From sequence record OM319461.1: a DNA stretch of 64,000 bases. One strand, given 5' to 3'. This document shows positions 18,401-28,036 of the stretch, one piece after another (positions within the stretch are counted from its first letter, which is position 1; the number at the start of each line of letters is the position of its first letter). The position numbers and the translations under genes were made by a program. Below the pieces are notes generated by a model. That model was not told the DNA's origin. It did not search any database and saw nothing but the letters and a program-made list of their open reading frames with translations.

Positions 18401-21244
18401 ATCATCGGCGGTGGTCTTAATATGATCGGCGGTGCAATGGGGATGCAATATCGAATGGCATTCGCAGCTATGCGCGCAGCAGTAGGTGTTCCTGTTAAGC
18501 TACTTAACAAGATGCTGGATCGACCACGTGACGTATTTGTAAAAGGTGAACCAGAGATACCTGTTCTGTCAGCACTAATGATGAAGCAGGGTGGCTACTA
18601 TAGTGAAAATGGCACGCCGATTACAAAGCCGTCTGATATCGATGGTCAGGTATTTGATAAACAAGGCAATATTGTTCTAAGTCACCAACAAATCCTTCGT
18701 GGACTTGTTGACCGTTTCGGTGTACCTATTGATGCTAACCGTGCTTTCCAGTTAGCGAAGAGAAGTGTGCAGTTGGGCTGGAGTGCTGTTAAAGGCTCTA
18801 TAGGCCTCGGTGTTGCCGCTGTTAAAGGTGGCGTGGACATTGGCCTTGCTTTAACCAAAGGTGCCGTTAAAATGCCGCTGGCGGTCCTAGACGCTATCCG
18901 CGGAACAGGCCCGAGTACCGGAATGAGCGAAACCGGTGGTCAAGAGGCAATGGCTGGAAGAAGCGAACAATACCTGCATGGCATCCTAAGCTTTATGATG
19001 GAACGTTGGCCTATTGGTACGGCTTCTCCTACTGAAACTTTATTGCAGACTTTGGTTGACCAAGGTAAGCCTAAAGAGAAAGCAGGAGACCTAGATGGTG
19101 ATGGTGATCGTGACAATTCATTGATGGATCGTATCCAACGTAGACGCGAAGGTGCATCTACCGAAGACGTAGAACAGATTGCTAAAGAAGAAGCCAAAGA
19201 CGATGATAGCCCATGGGCTAAGTTGTTGATGGGACTTAGTGTAATCGGTACGAGTCTAAGTGGTTTGGTCGGCACGGCTAAGGCCTGGATGGAACGCATG
19301 TTCATGGCTAAGACAGCAAACAGCATTGCTGATGGTCTTGGTGATGCAGCAGATGTTGCAGGCGACATGGCTGGACGTGGACGCAAAGCCGGCAAGGTAG
19401 GTAAGCTGGGTAAACTAGGCAAGTTCGGTGGTGCAGCCATCCGTGGTGCAAAAGGTTTGATTGGTGCTGCTGGTACACGTATTGCTAAAGCGGTAGGTGG
19501 ACAAATAGTCAAGAAAGGTTTGCTTGCAGCGGGTGGTGCGGTACTTGGTGGTATTGCTGCTCCTGCACTCGCGGCAGCTGGTGCGGCTTGGACGGTTTGG
19601 GAAATCGGAGAATACTTCTATGAACGCTCTGATGCAGAAGAACTAGAAAAGCTACGTTTTATGCAGTATGGTCTTGATCCTGAAAATGGAGATTACCTTG
19701 CAGCTATTCGTAATACAGAGAAAGTGCTATACAAGTCCGTCAGTAAAACTGGTATGAAGCTAAAAGTGAATACAAGTGATATTGACTGGGAAACAATCGC
19801 CGACTTCTGGGGCGTGAGTATGGACAACCGTGCGGAGATCGGTAACTTTGCTGATTGGATTCGCATGCGTGTTGCTCCTGTACTATCGCTTCATGCTAAG
19901 GCTGTTTTTGAAATTGACCGTAAGTTAGATCTTTTTGATATTGACGACGAGATCGATGACAAAGACATTATTCGTTTCCTTAAGAAAGTAAATGCATTCT
20001 CTGGCAAGCAGCCATTGCAGTATCTTGGCTCGGCCGCTCCGATGATTGACCGTCTATTGTCAGAAGCAGAAGTTAAAATCTACCACGACAGCTTGATTGC
20101 GAAGTACTCTGATAAAACAGACGTAACGAAACAAACACGCGAAGCTGGTAAGACTTTAAAAGAAGCACACAACGACAGCACGGCAGCTCAGTCTAATAGT
20201 GCAGCTTATCGTGCTTACGCAGAGGCAGAGAAAGCCAAACTAGCAGCCAACAAAGTCGACGATGTTCCAATCGTGGCTTCCAAAAATAATCCACAAACAA
20301 AAGCCGCACAAAAGACTTCCCTGGAAACACTTCGTCAAGGAGTAATGTCCAAAGAAGAACAATTCGGCGGTAAGAAGATAAAACTTATCAAACCATGTGG
20401 CGGACGATTAACCTCTCCGTTTGGTATGCGTCCTGTTAATGGACGTCAACACATGCACAAAGGTGTCGACTGGGCAGACTACGAAGGTTCTCCTATTGTA
20501 GCCGCAGCCGACGGTATTATAATGCGTCGCGAATACAGTGAGTCTTACGGCAAGTGTATTTACATCCGACATCCTGGTGGTTGGCATACTCGTTATGCAC
20601 ACCTTCATAGCTTTGCTTCGGGAGTCGGAAAAGGCGATCGTGTTAAGCAAGGTGACTTATTAGGGACAATGGGTAACACGGGCCATTCTCGTGGTGTACA
20701 CTTGCACTTCGAACTGCGCGACGGTATGTGGAATGATACTAATGCTTATGACCCACTTAAATACATCGTCAATGGCTCGAAAGAAGCTCAACAGGCGAAA
20801 ACTCAAGAGCGCGACATACGCAAAGAACAGAAGGCGGATCCGGAGAAGTCGATAGAAGGGATCGATACAATCGAGACTGCGGCTAATCCAAATGCAATGC
20901 CGGAAGAAGTCATCAAGAAAACCGATGATAATAAACGTGCATTCATGCCAACTCAAATTGCGAAAGAAACGCTCGATACCGCACAGCGAGATGCAACCAA
21001 CAAGCAATTGGCCAACCTGGGCAATGCTACTGGTAAGTCTACTGCTGAACTCAAAACACAGACTGGTCATTTGGAAACTATTGCCAATAAGCAAGATGAG
21101 TTGATTAAAGCAATCGGCTTGTTGACTGAGGCAATCCAGAACAAAGAACCTGTTGTGATTGATGGCGGTAACGCAAGTAAAACGAAGTCCAAGAGAACAG
21201 GACAGTCAGCTAACCTGACTCCTGTGGTAAACTTGGGTAGTTAA
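15449..21244 (+). CDS. phiKZ gp181-like giant tail protein (putative tape measure / virion lysin) with M23 peptidase domain
   Basis: 1931 aa, divergent from the gp180-like gene. M23 motifs HKGVD, YAHL and GHSRGVHLHFE near the C-terminus. Confidence 0.85.
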   Translation: MSEFNLDDDDLDMDDLWDDDFGIDDIDEDKRQPIEALFDGALESVLDRDMQADVARIVLENSLPEGYGTALTSVRNLTRDATSLYNDTKKQLKGPFDAIRKDLAQMAEESKKETFMGFKMDSIASFLRPEDEETRSNLTSQNPQDNAVDAVLNSIFTRENEKKEQDAKLLETELVAGRQNTNAVVAELNRLTSFQDSIQYNYMRKSLELQQRMFFGQQELVATTKAFAADSVSSNKALIKNTSLPDFAKQTLMEGYSEEAQNRIFGKVSEKATDYFRNFGGRLQENIQNRLNELVGNVVEFAEAISEATGAMSGMGDEINPMELVGGMGVSMTAEFAGEALGDKFRRVLNKYPKIAKYGQELAFYAENYPSELQEALDNWDGGFPEEVVEKFPFLGRIRSEAMADELRALIPRMDDISLGINNNLAGDGATKERYFDEITRKSIIEIIPGFLSRILEQTMIFNNGPGVERVVYDVNTETFTTESEAAQTALKMIQGSAGKTKREQELEVMKLLNGGRPMDPKVIDSLIGTIKEFREAGKEINAFSIVDHFYDTGNDRMGKRIDQALTRASEDTDGQNDIIDRLAAGQDSGLRKTMIAKDALRRINPRADAVSKEALNALELWFTDNALESTRPKFEEMADAFARRGFGPEIAEEIQKVVDSSENNQRENDRIIAKAARETGDVFHDMQNQINRLYAAGASDTLQSTGIITRNQNLRGRNEIRDDLMFGEQKTPERMDNPFEEMQSAGRRPTTAQRSEMDYTPSGAATAFDFWKMFTVVRDKVEGVPVHVVSQFGRTQPEVDTGAPVAPTDDGWRNNMFGMVERGFVTQAELLNMILQKDLTVEVQAPEGLMSKIIGGGSAVTSAGLNLLSSYTTGVYKMTAAGIGAGGNIIGGGLNAMGGALGILGDRFRPRDIYVAGSTTPVINIGDLKAGRFIDENSGKPVRSIKDITGRVIDADGNEIISAEDASKNLYDRQGTKLSALTNIIGGGLNMIGGAMGMQYRMAFAAMRAAVGVPVKLLNKMLDRPRDVFVKGEPEIPVLSALMMKQGGYYSENGTPITKPSDIDGQVFDKQGNIVLSHQQILRGLVDRFGVPIDANRAFQLAKRSVQLGWSAVKGSIGLGVAAVKGGVDIGLALTKGAVKMPLAVLDAIRGTGPSTGMSETGGQEAMAGRSEQYLHGILSFMMERWPIGTASPTETLLQTLVDQGKPKEKAGDLDGDGDRDNSLMDRIQRRREGASTEDVEQIAKEEAKDDDSPWAKLLMGLSVIGTSLSGLVGTAKAWMERMFMAKTANSIADGLGDAADVAGDMAGRGRKAGKVGKLGKLGKFGGAAIRGAKGLIGAAGTRIAKAVGGQIVKKGLLAAGGAVLGGIAAPALAAAGAAWTVWEIGEYFYERSDAEELEKLRFMQYGLDPENGDYLAAIRNTEKVLYKSVSKTGMKLKVNTSDIDWETIADFWGVSMDNRAEIGNFADWIRMRVAPVLSLHAKAVFEIDRKLDLFDIDDEIDDKDIIRFLKKVNAFSGKQPLQYLGSAAPMIDRLLSEAEVKIYHDSLIAKYSDKTDVTKQTREAGKTLKEAHNDSTAAQSNSAAYRAYAEAEKAKLAANKVDDVPIVASKNNPQTKAAQKTSLETLRQGVMSKEEQFGGKKIKLIKPCGGRLTSPFGMRPVNGRQHMHKGVDWADYEGSPIVAAADGIIMRREYSESYGKCIYIRHPGGWHTRYAHLHSFASGVGKGDRVKQGDLLGTMGNTGHSRGVHLHFELRDGMWNDTNAYDPLKYIVNGSKEAQQAKTQERDIRKEQKADPEKSIEGIDTIETAANPNAMPEEVIKKTDDNKRAFMPTQIAKETLDTAQRDATNKQLANLGNATGKSTAELKTQTGHLETIANKQDELIKAIGLLTEAIQNKEPVVIDGGNASKTKSKRTGQSANLTPVVNLGS

Positions 21245-21245
21245 A

Positions 21246-21270
21246 AGAGGGCTTCGGCCCTCTCTTATTT
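21246..21270 (+). terminator. Intrinsic terminator
   Basis: AGAGGGC-ttcg-GCCCTCT followed by CTTATTTTT. Confidence 0.75.
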
Positions 21271-21286
21271 TTAGACTGGAGTAATT

Positions 21287-23311
21287 ATGGCGGAAGAAAC
21301 AACTGCCAGAGGCAGAGATACTGCCTGGGTACGACAGGCTTTCTTTAAACGTGGCGGTAACCGTGGTTATGCGGGTAAGGCCTTGGGTGGTGCTGGTACA
21401 AACAGTGCAGATATCAATAGTAGCTATAACTTTTATGATACCACTCTGGGCGGAAACCGTGTACTTAACCCACCTCCACAGTTCTGTCGTTGGAGTGACC
21501 CAAAGGTGAATACTATCGCCTCCGGATGTCGTTCTATGGGACAGGGATATAAAGAAGCCATCGACGACAACGCTCAGCGAATATCATTGCAGTTCGGTAT
21601 ACCAAAGTACAACTCAATGACTTCGTTTATGTCAAACTTCTATAGTCCTGCTGCGGCAGCTATGGCAAAATATGGTACGGTCAATGGCAGTGTCTTCCAC
21701 TCCATTGGCTATACAGCAGGTGTATTGTTTACTTTACCTCTGCAAACATTCTTTGGTATAAACCACTTAGTCAACCGAATCTCTGCTGCAATCAGTGGTA
21801 ACCCTTATAGTAAGTTTTATTACATGCAACCAACAATGGCTCTCTATTGGAATGCCGTGGCGTTGATGTTTAACAAACTTGCTGTAGACATGGGCGTGAT
21901 GGATCCAGTGGCAGCCGATGAAATCAAGGATGGCAAAATCGCACTTGGGGGTCAAGCACCAAGCAAGGTAGATGAACTACAGCGTCTTTTACCAGATGTT
22001 TTCCTTGGCGGCGGCGGTGAAAACGAAAGTGGTTCAGCATACATTGATGTTAAGGCAATTGCGTCTCGTTCACAGCGAATGGCCAACCAGTTTAACGAAG
22101 CACTCTATGAATTAGAGAATGGCATCAGTACGACCGGTGAACAAGCAAGAGAACAATACGTCAATGGATTAAAGAACCTCGGTAGAGAAAACGCCCTGTC
22201 GAATGAACGTCCACAAACTCATACGCAATCTATGAATGAGTATACCGGATACTTCGGTACCGACAACTTAAATAATGTCGAGGCTGAAAACCAACAGGCA
22301 TTGCAGGCTGCTAAGGATCGTAATACCGGTGCCGTGGCACAAGACGGTGGTCCGGCAGTTGAAAAAGAACAGAAAGTCTGGAATGACTTGGATAGTCTTT
22401 GGAAATACATGAAGGCCGACTTACAAGAAGGTTCTGCGTTTGTTAGTTTCCATGTAGACAAGACTGGACCGATCAGCCATTCGTTCAGCAATACAACCAA
22501 AGAAGCTCCGTTGAAAGAGACGGCCAATGGTGTTGCACAACAAGCACGTGATATCCAGATCAGTATGTTTGGTGGTAACATCGGCGATAACGTTGTCTTC
22601 AATGCAATGGAGAGTACAGTAGGTGCAATCAAGGATTTGGTTGCAGGTGCGGTAAGTTCTATCGGTATTGGTTTAGAAGGCGCTTTGTCTGGTGCAATGA
22701 TGGACATGTCAGATGTCTATGATAATAGCTCGGCAGAAATAGCAAGCCAAGATTACTCGATGACTTTTGCCACTCCGTATGGTAACAAGTTCTCGATCTT
22801 GACTCGTGTGTATCTCCCACTATGTTGTATCTTGGCAGGTGTATTGCCTCGTCGCTCTGGTAAGAACTCTTACGTACAACCATTCCTATGTCGTCTTCAT
22901 TCTCAAGCATTTGAGGATATTCGCCTGGGTATTATTAGCAGTGTTAACATTGAACTAGGTACGTCAAACATTGGACGCCAAATCAACCAATTGCCAACGG
23001 CCATCAAAGTAACGATGACTGTTGAGAACATGGATAAGATGATGTCTGTTCCATTGAGTGACAGTGTATTAGATAGCATCACAAGCTTCTCTGCTTTTGA
23101 TGAAGATACTACATTGACCGACTTCCTTGGTTCATTGGCCGGTGTAAGTATGTACGACCAATACTTTGCTGTCCCACGATTGAAACGCGCATGGAAGAAG
23201 ACGGTTGCGGATTGGAATACCTTTGCGTCACCAACATACTTCTCACAATGGTTTGCTGGTACGATACCAGGGAAAACCGTTTCGGCATTCTTGAAAGCCG
23301 GAGATATTTAG
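21287..23311 (+). CDS. phiKZ gp182-like tail/baseplate protein
   Basis: DTTLGGNRVLNPPPQFCRWSD and TPYGNKFS motifs; follows the gp181-like gene. Confidence 0.75.
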   Translation: MAEETTARGRDTAWVRQAFFKRGGNRGYAGKALGGAGTNSADINSSYNFYDTTLGGNRVLNPPPQFCRWSDPKVNTIASGCRSMGQGYKEAIDDNAQRISLQFGIPKYNSMTSFMSNFYSPAAAAMAKYGTVNGSVFHSIGYTAGVLFTLPLQTFFGINHLVNRISAAISGNPYSKFYYMQPTMALYWNAVALMFNKLAVDMGVMDPVAADEIKDGKIALGGQAPSKVDELQRLLPDVFLGGGGENESGSAYIDVKAIASRSQRMANQFNEALYELENGISTTGEQAREQYVNGLKNLGRENALSNERPQTHTQSMNEYTGYFGTDNLNNVEAENQQALQAAKDRNTGAVAQDGGPAVEKEQKVWNDLDSLWKYMKADLQEGSAFVSFHVDKTGPISHSFSNTTKEAPLKETANGVAQQARDIQISMFGGNIGDNVVFNAMESTVGAIKDLVAGAVSSIGIGLEGALSGAMMDMSDVYDNSSAEIASQDYSMTFATPYGNKFSILTRVYLPLCCILAGVLPRRSGKNSYVQPFLCRLHSQAFEDIRLGIISSVNIELGTSNIGRQINQLPTAIKVTMTVENMDKMMSVPLSDSVLDSITSFSAFDEDTTLTDFLGSLAGVSMYDQYFAVPRLKRAWKKTVADWNTFASPTYFSQWFAGTIPGKTVSAFLKAGDI

Positions 23312-23315
23312 ACAA

Positions 23316-23353
23316 GCCCCTTCTCCCTTTCGGGAGAGGGGGCATGCTTTTTT
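23316..23353. terminator. Bidirectional terminator
   Basis: GC-rich stem 23316-23343 plus T-run between convergent genes. Confidence 0.8.
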
Positions 23354-24447
23354 TATCTTGTTTCGTGAAAACGAATGGTTGGAAAATCACGATAAGCAAC
23401 TTCCTTCCAAGGAAGAGTAACTGGATGAAACATGTCAGCTACAATACCGATCGGCCAATAGGTAGGGTGATATGCCATGAGCATTGCGAAGTCACGTGGA
23501 ACTTCACGCAAGTACTTCGTAGACAACACTTGACCATTTGCCGTATTCTGATAAAACCAGTTCGGATGGATTTCAGTAAGAATATCGGCGATGCGTACAG
23601 CTTCCTCTTCGTAGTCTTTCGGACTCAGGTTGCGATTGATCTTGTATCCAGAAATCGTACCCTCCAAAACAGCAGCTCTATCGTCTGCACCGAAATACTC
23701 TTTAGCCTTGTAGATCCAATCTTGAACAAAATCAAAACGCTGCATGATAGCAGCTACTCGGCTTGCTCTTGCTAGAATCTTACCAATCGTACCGTCTGAC
23801 AACAAACCACCACTAAGGCCATCAACAATCGATAATGCTTGTTCCCATAGACTACAGCGAAGTAGATCTTCTAAGTCATGTAATAGAATAGCACCTTCCC
23901 AATATTCGGAATCAGGATAATTACCACCGTATTGATTACCTAGCTCACCACAGATGCCTTTACAAAAGTCACATTCGAAACCTAGTGATTCTGCCAGATA
24001 TGACATGTTGTCAAATACACCAGTAAGAAAGTCATTGCCTATCTTTTGCCAGCGACTAGGAGATAGAATACTACGGATCTTTCTCAGTCCTTCTGTCAAG
24101 GTGGCGATATCGTAGGTAGCCATAAGTTTGTCTAACATAGCACCTGGAGGAATATTGGACTTCAGGATACGAATGGTTTCAAGTAAGTTTTCACTTGAGC
24201 CGATGTTCTTTAGTTTGTCTAGCCCGCCGGCAGTATCAGAGATAACACCAAGAATCTCTTTTGATGGACCGAGACTCAAAACATCTGATGGAACATCTGG
24301 GAAAACAGAAGATAAAGAAAAATCACCTTCTGGTAAAACGTTTTCTAAAAATGACTTTACTGCTTCCTCATTATAGATGTCAGGAACAAGTGCGGTATCT
24401 TTAGGGTCGTTAGAAAAGGTGCTCTTACTTAGATCAGCCTTTGCCAT
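23353..24447 (-). CDS. Conserved virion structural protein (phiKZ-like)
   Basis: 364-aa ORF. The N-terminus STFSNDPKDTALVPDIY resembles a phiKZ-like virion protein family. Confidence 0.55.
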   Translation of the reverse strand: MAKADLSKSTFSNDPKDTALVPDIYNEEAVKSFLENVLPEGDFSLSSVFPDVPSDVLSLGPSKEILGVISDTAGGLDKLKNIGSSENLLETIRILKSNIPPGAMLDKLMATYDIATLTEGLRKIRSILSPSRWQKIGNDFLTGVFDNMSYLAESLGFECDFCKGICGELGNQYGGNYPDSEYWEGAILLHDLEDLLRCSLWEQALSIVDGLSGGLLSDGTIGKILARASRVAAIMQRFDFVQDWIYKAKEYFGADDRAAVLEGTISGYKINRNLSPKDYEEEAVRIADILTEIHPNWFYQNTANGQVLSTKYLREVPRDFAMLMAYHPTYWPIGIVADMFHPVTLPWKEVAYRDFPTIRFHETR

Positions 24448-24490
24448 GGTTAAGTCCTCGTTGGTTGAAAATAGTTCTATCTAATTTGAG

Positions 24491-24540
24491 AAAAAAAAAA
24501 GAAAGCTGAGTGCACAGGACCCCGTGAGGGGCCCTGTACT
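24491..24540 (-). terminator. Intrinsic terminator
   Basis: Stem around 24514-24537 followed on the minus strand by U10. Confidence 0.8.
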
Positions 24541-24545
24541 TTGTT

Positions 24546-25205
24546 TTAAGGTTTCTTTATAACTAATTGGATAGAGATGGGCACCTTTGGTGCAGAACGC
24601 TTGTACACGGTGATAGAGAACTTAATTCCATCGAAGTCATGAATCAACAATCCTTTGTAGAATGAGTTCCAAGTTAATGCTTCCGCATCTAAAGAACGAG
24701 GCAAGTTAGAAACCGCATCTACTTCAAGTCCTTCGACTTCTTTGCAGTATTGGCGATACTTGTCTACGTGTTCTTTCCAGTTCTCAGTACAGTGAGGAAA
24801 CTCCTTAATCATCTTCAGCCATAAAACTTTAAGATAGCGACCGCCCTTTTCATCAAAGGTAGGTGGAATCTCAATCTCTAGTGTTTTCTCGACACCGTCT
24901 TTAACAAGGTCAAGAGAGATCATTGTTTTATGGAAGTTAAAAACACTAATACCACGACAAAGGTTTTTAAAGGTAACTTCTTCACAAGCCAGACGTTTAG
25001 GCAGATTGCCCTTTAGATTGGTTGCTTCTTTTTGACCTTTGAAATCCCTTGCTTTAGAAATATAAGTAGTTAAAAGAGTATCCCATCCAGATGGTGGTAC
25101 TTGTAGCTGAAACAACAGATAGCGCCAAGCGCGTGCAAGTACATGGTTCGTCGAAACGACGTGTTGGATGTCTTCTTTTAACAGATCATAAATGTGGGTA
25201 TTCAT
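24546..25205 (-). CDS. phiKZ gp174-like protein with internal tandem duplication
   Basis: Two similar halves: LARAWRYLL..GNLPKRL..TFKNLCRG and LKVLWLKMI..SNLPRSL..TWNSFYKG. Confidence 0.6.
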   Translation of the reverse strand: MNTHIYDLLKEDIQHVVSTNHVLARAWRYLLFQLQVPPSGWDTLLTTYISKARDFKGQKEATNLKGNLPKRLACEEVTFKNLCRGISVFNFHKTMISLDLVKDGVEKTLEIEIPPTFDEKGGRYLKVLWLKMIKEFPHCTENWKEHVDKYRQYCKEVEGLEVDAVSNLPRSLDAEALTWNSFYKGLLIHDFDGIKFSITVYKRSAPKVPISIQLVIKKP

Positions 25206-25207
25206 GA

Positions 25208-25720
25208 TTACCTTTGTTCGATTATCAAGTTAGCGATAAGCTCCAAGTCGTCACATAGGGGCTTCAACATTCTTTCGTTGTGGCGAGTCAATTGATTCTT
25301 TTCTAGTACAGCAGCTAGGCCACAGAGAGATTCTTGTATCTGCTCAAAATGTGTTTTGGAGTCTTCTTCCTCTTCGTCTTGTTTTCCACAGACATAGCTG
25401 AAAGCATTTATTGTTTTTAAATGCGATGCATCCCCGATAGCAAGTTTGCGCTTATCGAGCAATGCCAGCCGAGTTAAGTCAAGACATTGAATCAACTCTT
25501 GTGGACTATAGTGCCATAGTGGATTGCTCTCACATAGCTTGGAAGAATTAACATCTTCTGATTTTAGCGAACCCAAAACTTTTGACATGTTTCGAATGTA
25601 TTCCCCTGATTGAAAGAGGGCTCCATTCGTGTCATATTTTTCTTCTGTCAGCCACATTCGATAGTGGGCGACAATCAGTCTAACCTTAGACCTTATCTTT
25701 TTTAAATAAACCACAGTCAC
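25208..25720 (-). CDS. Conserved hypothetical protein
   Basis: 170-aa ORF with GGAG SD, downstream of a TATATTAC motif. Confidence 0.6.
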   Translation of the reverse strand: MTVVYLKKIRSKVRLIVAHYRMWLTEEKYDTNGALFQSGEYIRNMSKVLGSLKSEDVNSSKLCESNPLWHYSPQELIQCLDLTRLALLDKRKLAIGDASHLKTINAFSYVCGKQDEEEEDSKTHFEQIQESLCGLAAVLEKNQLTRHNERMLKPLCDDLELIANLIIEQR

Positions 25721-25749
25721 TCCTTAGTTAATGCTACTATATCACATTG

Positions 25750-25757
25750 GTAATATA
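25750..25757 (-). promoter_or_regulatory. phiKZ-type early promoter motif TATATTAC
   Basis: Exact match on the minus strand, 30 nt upstream of the 25720 start. Confidence 0.6.
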
Positions 25758-25795
25758 GATTTTAAGACAGACTGAAACTTACGAGGTAATTAACA

Positions 25796-26200
25796 ATGTC
25801 AGATACTACAGACCAAGATGTAGGCAATCCAGCATTGCCGCAAGATGACGAGATGATTGATATTATTCAACAACGTCGTTATCAAATGATCTTGGATGGC
25901 CATGCACCGGATAAAGATTTTCTTCAGCTGCTAAAGCATACGGCTGATACTTCAATGGCGAGAAAACGTCTTCAATCAGATAATGAAAACTCTGAGAAGG
26001 ACCGCGCTACCATTCAAGCGATTGCTGCAAACCTACGTCAATCAAACCAGAATCCATTTGTTGCTGCTGCTCCGGTTGATCGTGAGCCACCTAAGGCAGA
26101 TGGTCCATTGATCGATATGGCACTCACACCTGAAAACATGTCCACTACTTTGGGTTCGCCGGAGTATGAAGATGTAGCATCTAATCCCGACGAAGACTAA
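25796..26200 (+). CDS. Conserved jumbo-phage hypothetical protein
   Basis: 134-aa ORF with GAGG SD. Confidence 0.65.
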   Translation: MSDTTDQDVGNPALPQDDEMIDIIQQRRYQMILDGHAPDKDFLQLLKHTADTSMARKRLQSDNENSEKDRATIQAIAANLRQSNQNPFVAAAPVDREPPKADGPLIDMALTPENMSTTLGSPEYEDVASNPDED

Positions 26201-26241
26201 ATAATGTGTCTTCCAAAGTTTCAGACAAAGCGATAGAAACA

Positions 26242-26277
26242 CTCTCCCTCGAAAGAGGGAGAGATGTCTTTATTTTT
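26242..26277. terminator. Bidirectional terminator
   Basis: CTCTCCCTC-gaaa-GAGGGAGAG then TTTATTTTTT. Confidence 0.85.
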
Positions 26278-26954
26278 TATGTCAGACAACAGAACATGTC
26301 AGATGGCACGGGGTTGTAGTTCATATATGGACGTAGCTCTTCTGTAGCCTGTGCTACAAGCGTCGCAATGTCACACTTGGGCAAATCCTTGCCTTTAAAA
26401 GAAAGTGGCGTGATAAAGCGCACATGCGTTAATGGACGCTTAGCTACTCCTTCCCATTGATGAGAGAACCAATAGTTCATATCATACATGATTGCTTCTC
26501 GGTAACTACCAAAGTAATCAGAAGGGATGTGGGCAGGATCCATTTGTACAAACTCAACCGAGTTAGGGCGAGCGGTTTCCATAAGCATCTCAGATAGAGC
26601 TTCTTTGGTTTCATCATCCAAAGAGAATGGCCAGGTATTTACTACTAGGTCATCTAACTCAGCCTTGACGCCTAAGGCAAAGAAACCATCGCGTTCGATA
26701 CGCTCTTTTCGCATCTCTACGATAACCCCAGTGATTCGTAAATCATTGAAGTCAATCAAAGTCGCACGGTTTTCCCAGCCTTTACGGAAATCGGATTCGC
26801 TAAAGGAATTGTCCATCTGCCAAAATTTATCATCTAGACGTCTTCGATATTTCGTAGCCGTTTCTAGTCGCTTAGCCGCACTACGATTAAGCTTCTTGAT
26901 TACTGCAATGCGAGTATCAAAGATAGAGTCAAAGTCGATATAGATTTTAGCCAT
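26277..26954 (-). CDS. Conserved phiKZ-like hypothetical protein
   Basis: N-terminal IYIDFDSIFDTR (HAD-motif-I-like); typical neighbour of gp149-like genes. Confidence 0.6.
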   Translation of the reverse strand: MAKIYIDFDSIFDTRIAVIKKLNRSAAKRLETATKYRRRLDDKFWQMDNSFSESDFRKGWENRATLIDFNDLRITGVIVEMRKERIERDGFFALGVKAELDDLVVNTWPFSLDDETKEALSEMLMETARPNSVEFVQMDPAHIPSDYFGSYREAIMYDMNYWFSHQWEGVAKRPLTHVRFITPLSFKGKDLPKCDIATLVAQATEELRPYMNYNPVPSDMFCCLT

Positions 26955-27354
26955 AGAGTTCTATAATGCGCAACCATACAAGTTCAGGTTTCTTTTTGTA
27001 GATTGCAACAATATCCTTTGTTTGTTTACCGTACAGCCAAGCATCAGAAGCCAGACCTTCCAAAAGGATTTCTGTCTCTTCTTGTGATTGTACACAGCGA
27101 CCAAAGAAAACACCAAGACAGTTGATGATCTTTTTCTTTATTTGTTGGCTGTTTACTTCACTGATGAGTTCGGCATAAGTATTGTCAGCTATCTTGTTAT
27201 TGACTGCTTTAGTCAGAGAAGCCTTTTGGTAGTTAGCAATCCAATCCTTGTTAACAAAGGAAGTAAAACTAAAACCATTGGACTTGATGGCCGCATAGCG
27301 ACCCATGATTTCAAGATAGGTTGGTTTTTCTTCCGGTTGCTTTGAATTAAACAT
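26947..27354 (-). CDS. Hypothetical protein
   Basis: 135-aa ORF overlapping both neighbours by 8 nt. Confidence 0.6.
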   Translation of the reverse strand: MFNSKQPEEKPTYLEIMGRYAAIKSNGFSFTSFVNKDWIANYQKASLTKAVNNKIADNTYAELISEVNSQQIKKKIINCLGVFFGRCVQSQEETEILLEGLASDAWLYGKQTKDIVAIYKKKPELVWLRIIELYG

Positions 27355-28036
27355 TGCTCATTCCTTGTAGGTTACTTTGAATGTATGTCGCTAATAGCAA
27401 TTCATCCAGAGTTTCTACTGCCTTAGGTTTAGAACCAAGTTTGGTAATGTTCTCCATAGAGAACGTACCTGTTTCTTCGATCTCTTTTAAAGCAGCTTCA
27501 AATGCAACTGCATCACCACCACGAACCTTCATAAACTCCAAAGGAGATACGGTTAGTTCTTTTGCGTTCATTACTGTTAATTCAGGAGAACTAATAGAAG
27601 ACGCTTTAGAAGCACCAGTAGCCTGACCCGCTAGGTGGTCAGTAACACGAGAGTGCTCGGCAGTAGACATCTTGTCTAGGATGTGTTGAATTAGGCGTCG
27701 GCCAGGCAGGTCGAGTACCAAGTATTTGATTGGTGTGGTATAACGTTCACCGGAAACGTGGTCAGTAAGGATACAGTGTTGAAAGTATTCAATACCGAGT
27801 GTCTTACCAAACTTCATTACTTTGTGTTCGTCAATGCGTGCCTTGCCCATGTTATCAACGATGATTGGGAAGTAGAACTTACCCGCTTTAAAGCGCTCTA
27901 GGATCTTTTCCCAGTGCTCTTGCGTCATCTTTTTAAATGTGTCTTCATAAAGCGGAACATTGAGTTCCGCATTAGGCATTTGTTTTACAGCATTAAGAAC
28001 GAAAGCTTCAGTTTCTTTAATATATAACTTAGCCAT
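27347..28036 (-). CDS. Virion RNA polymerase beta-type C-terminal subunit (phiKZ gp149-like)
   Basis: DLPGRRLIQHILDK, DHLAGQATGASKASSISSPE and KVRGGD. Likely start MAKLY at 28036. Confidence 0.8.
   Translation of the reverse strand: MAKLYIKETEAFVLNAVKQMPNAELNVPLYEDTFKKMTQEHWEKILERFKAGKFYFPIIVDNMGKARIDEHKVMKFGKTLGIEYFQHCILTDHVSGERYTTPIKYLVLDLPGRRLIQHILDKMSTAEHSRVTDHLAGQATGASKASSISSPELTVMNAKELTVSPLEFMKVRGGDAVAFEAALKEIEETGTFSMENITKLGSKPKAVETLDELLLATYIQSNLQGMSNV

Noticed and set aside
18940-19512. 190-aa antisense ORF within the gp181-like gene (and similar shadow ORFs throughout)
   Set aside because: It lies wholly opposite a well-supported gene in an Ala/Gly-rich stretch, with no SD or recognisable motifs.
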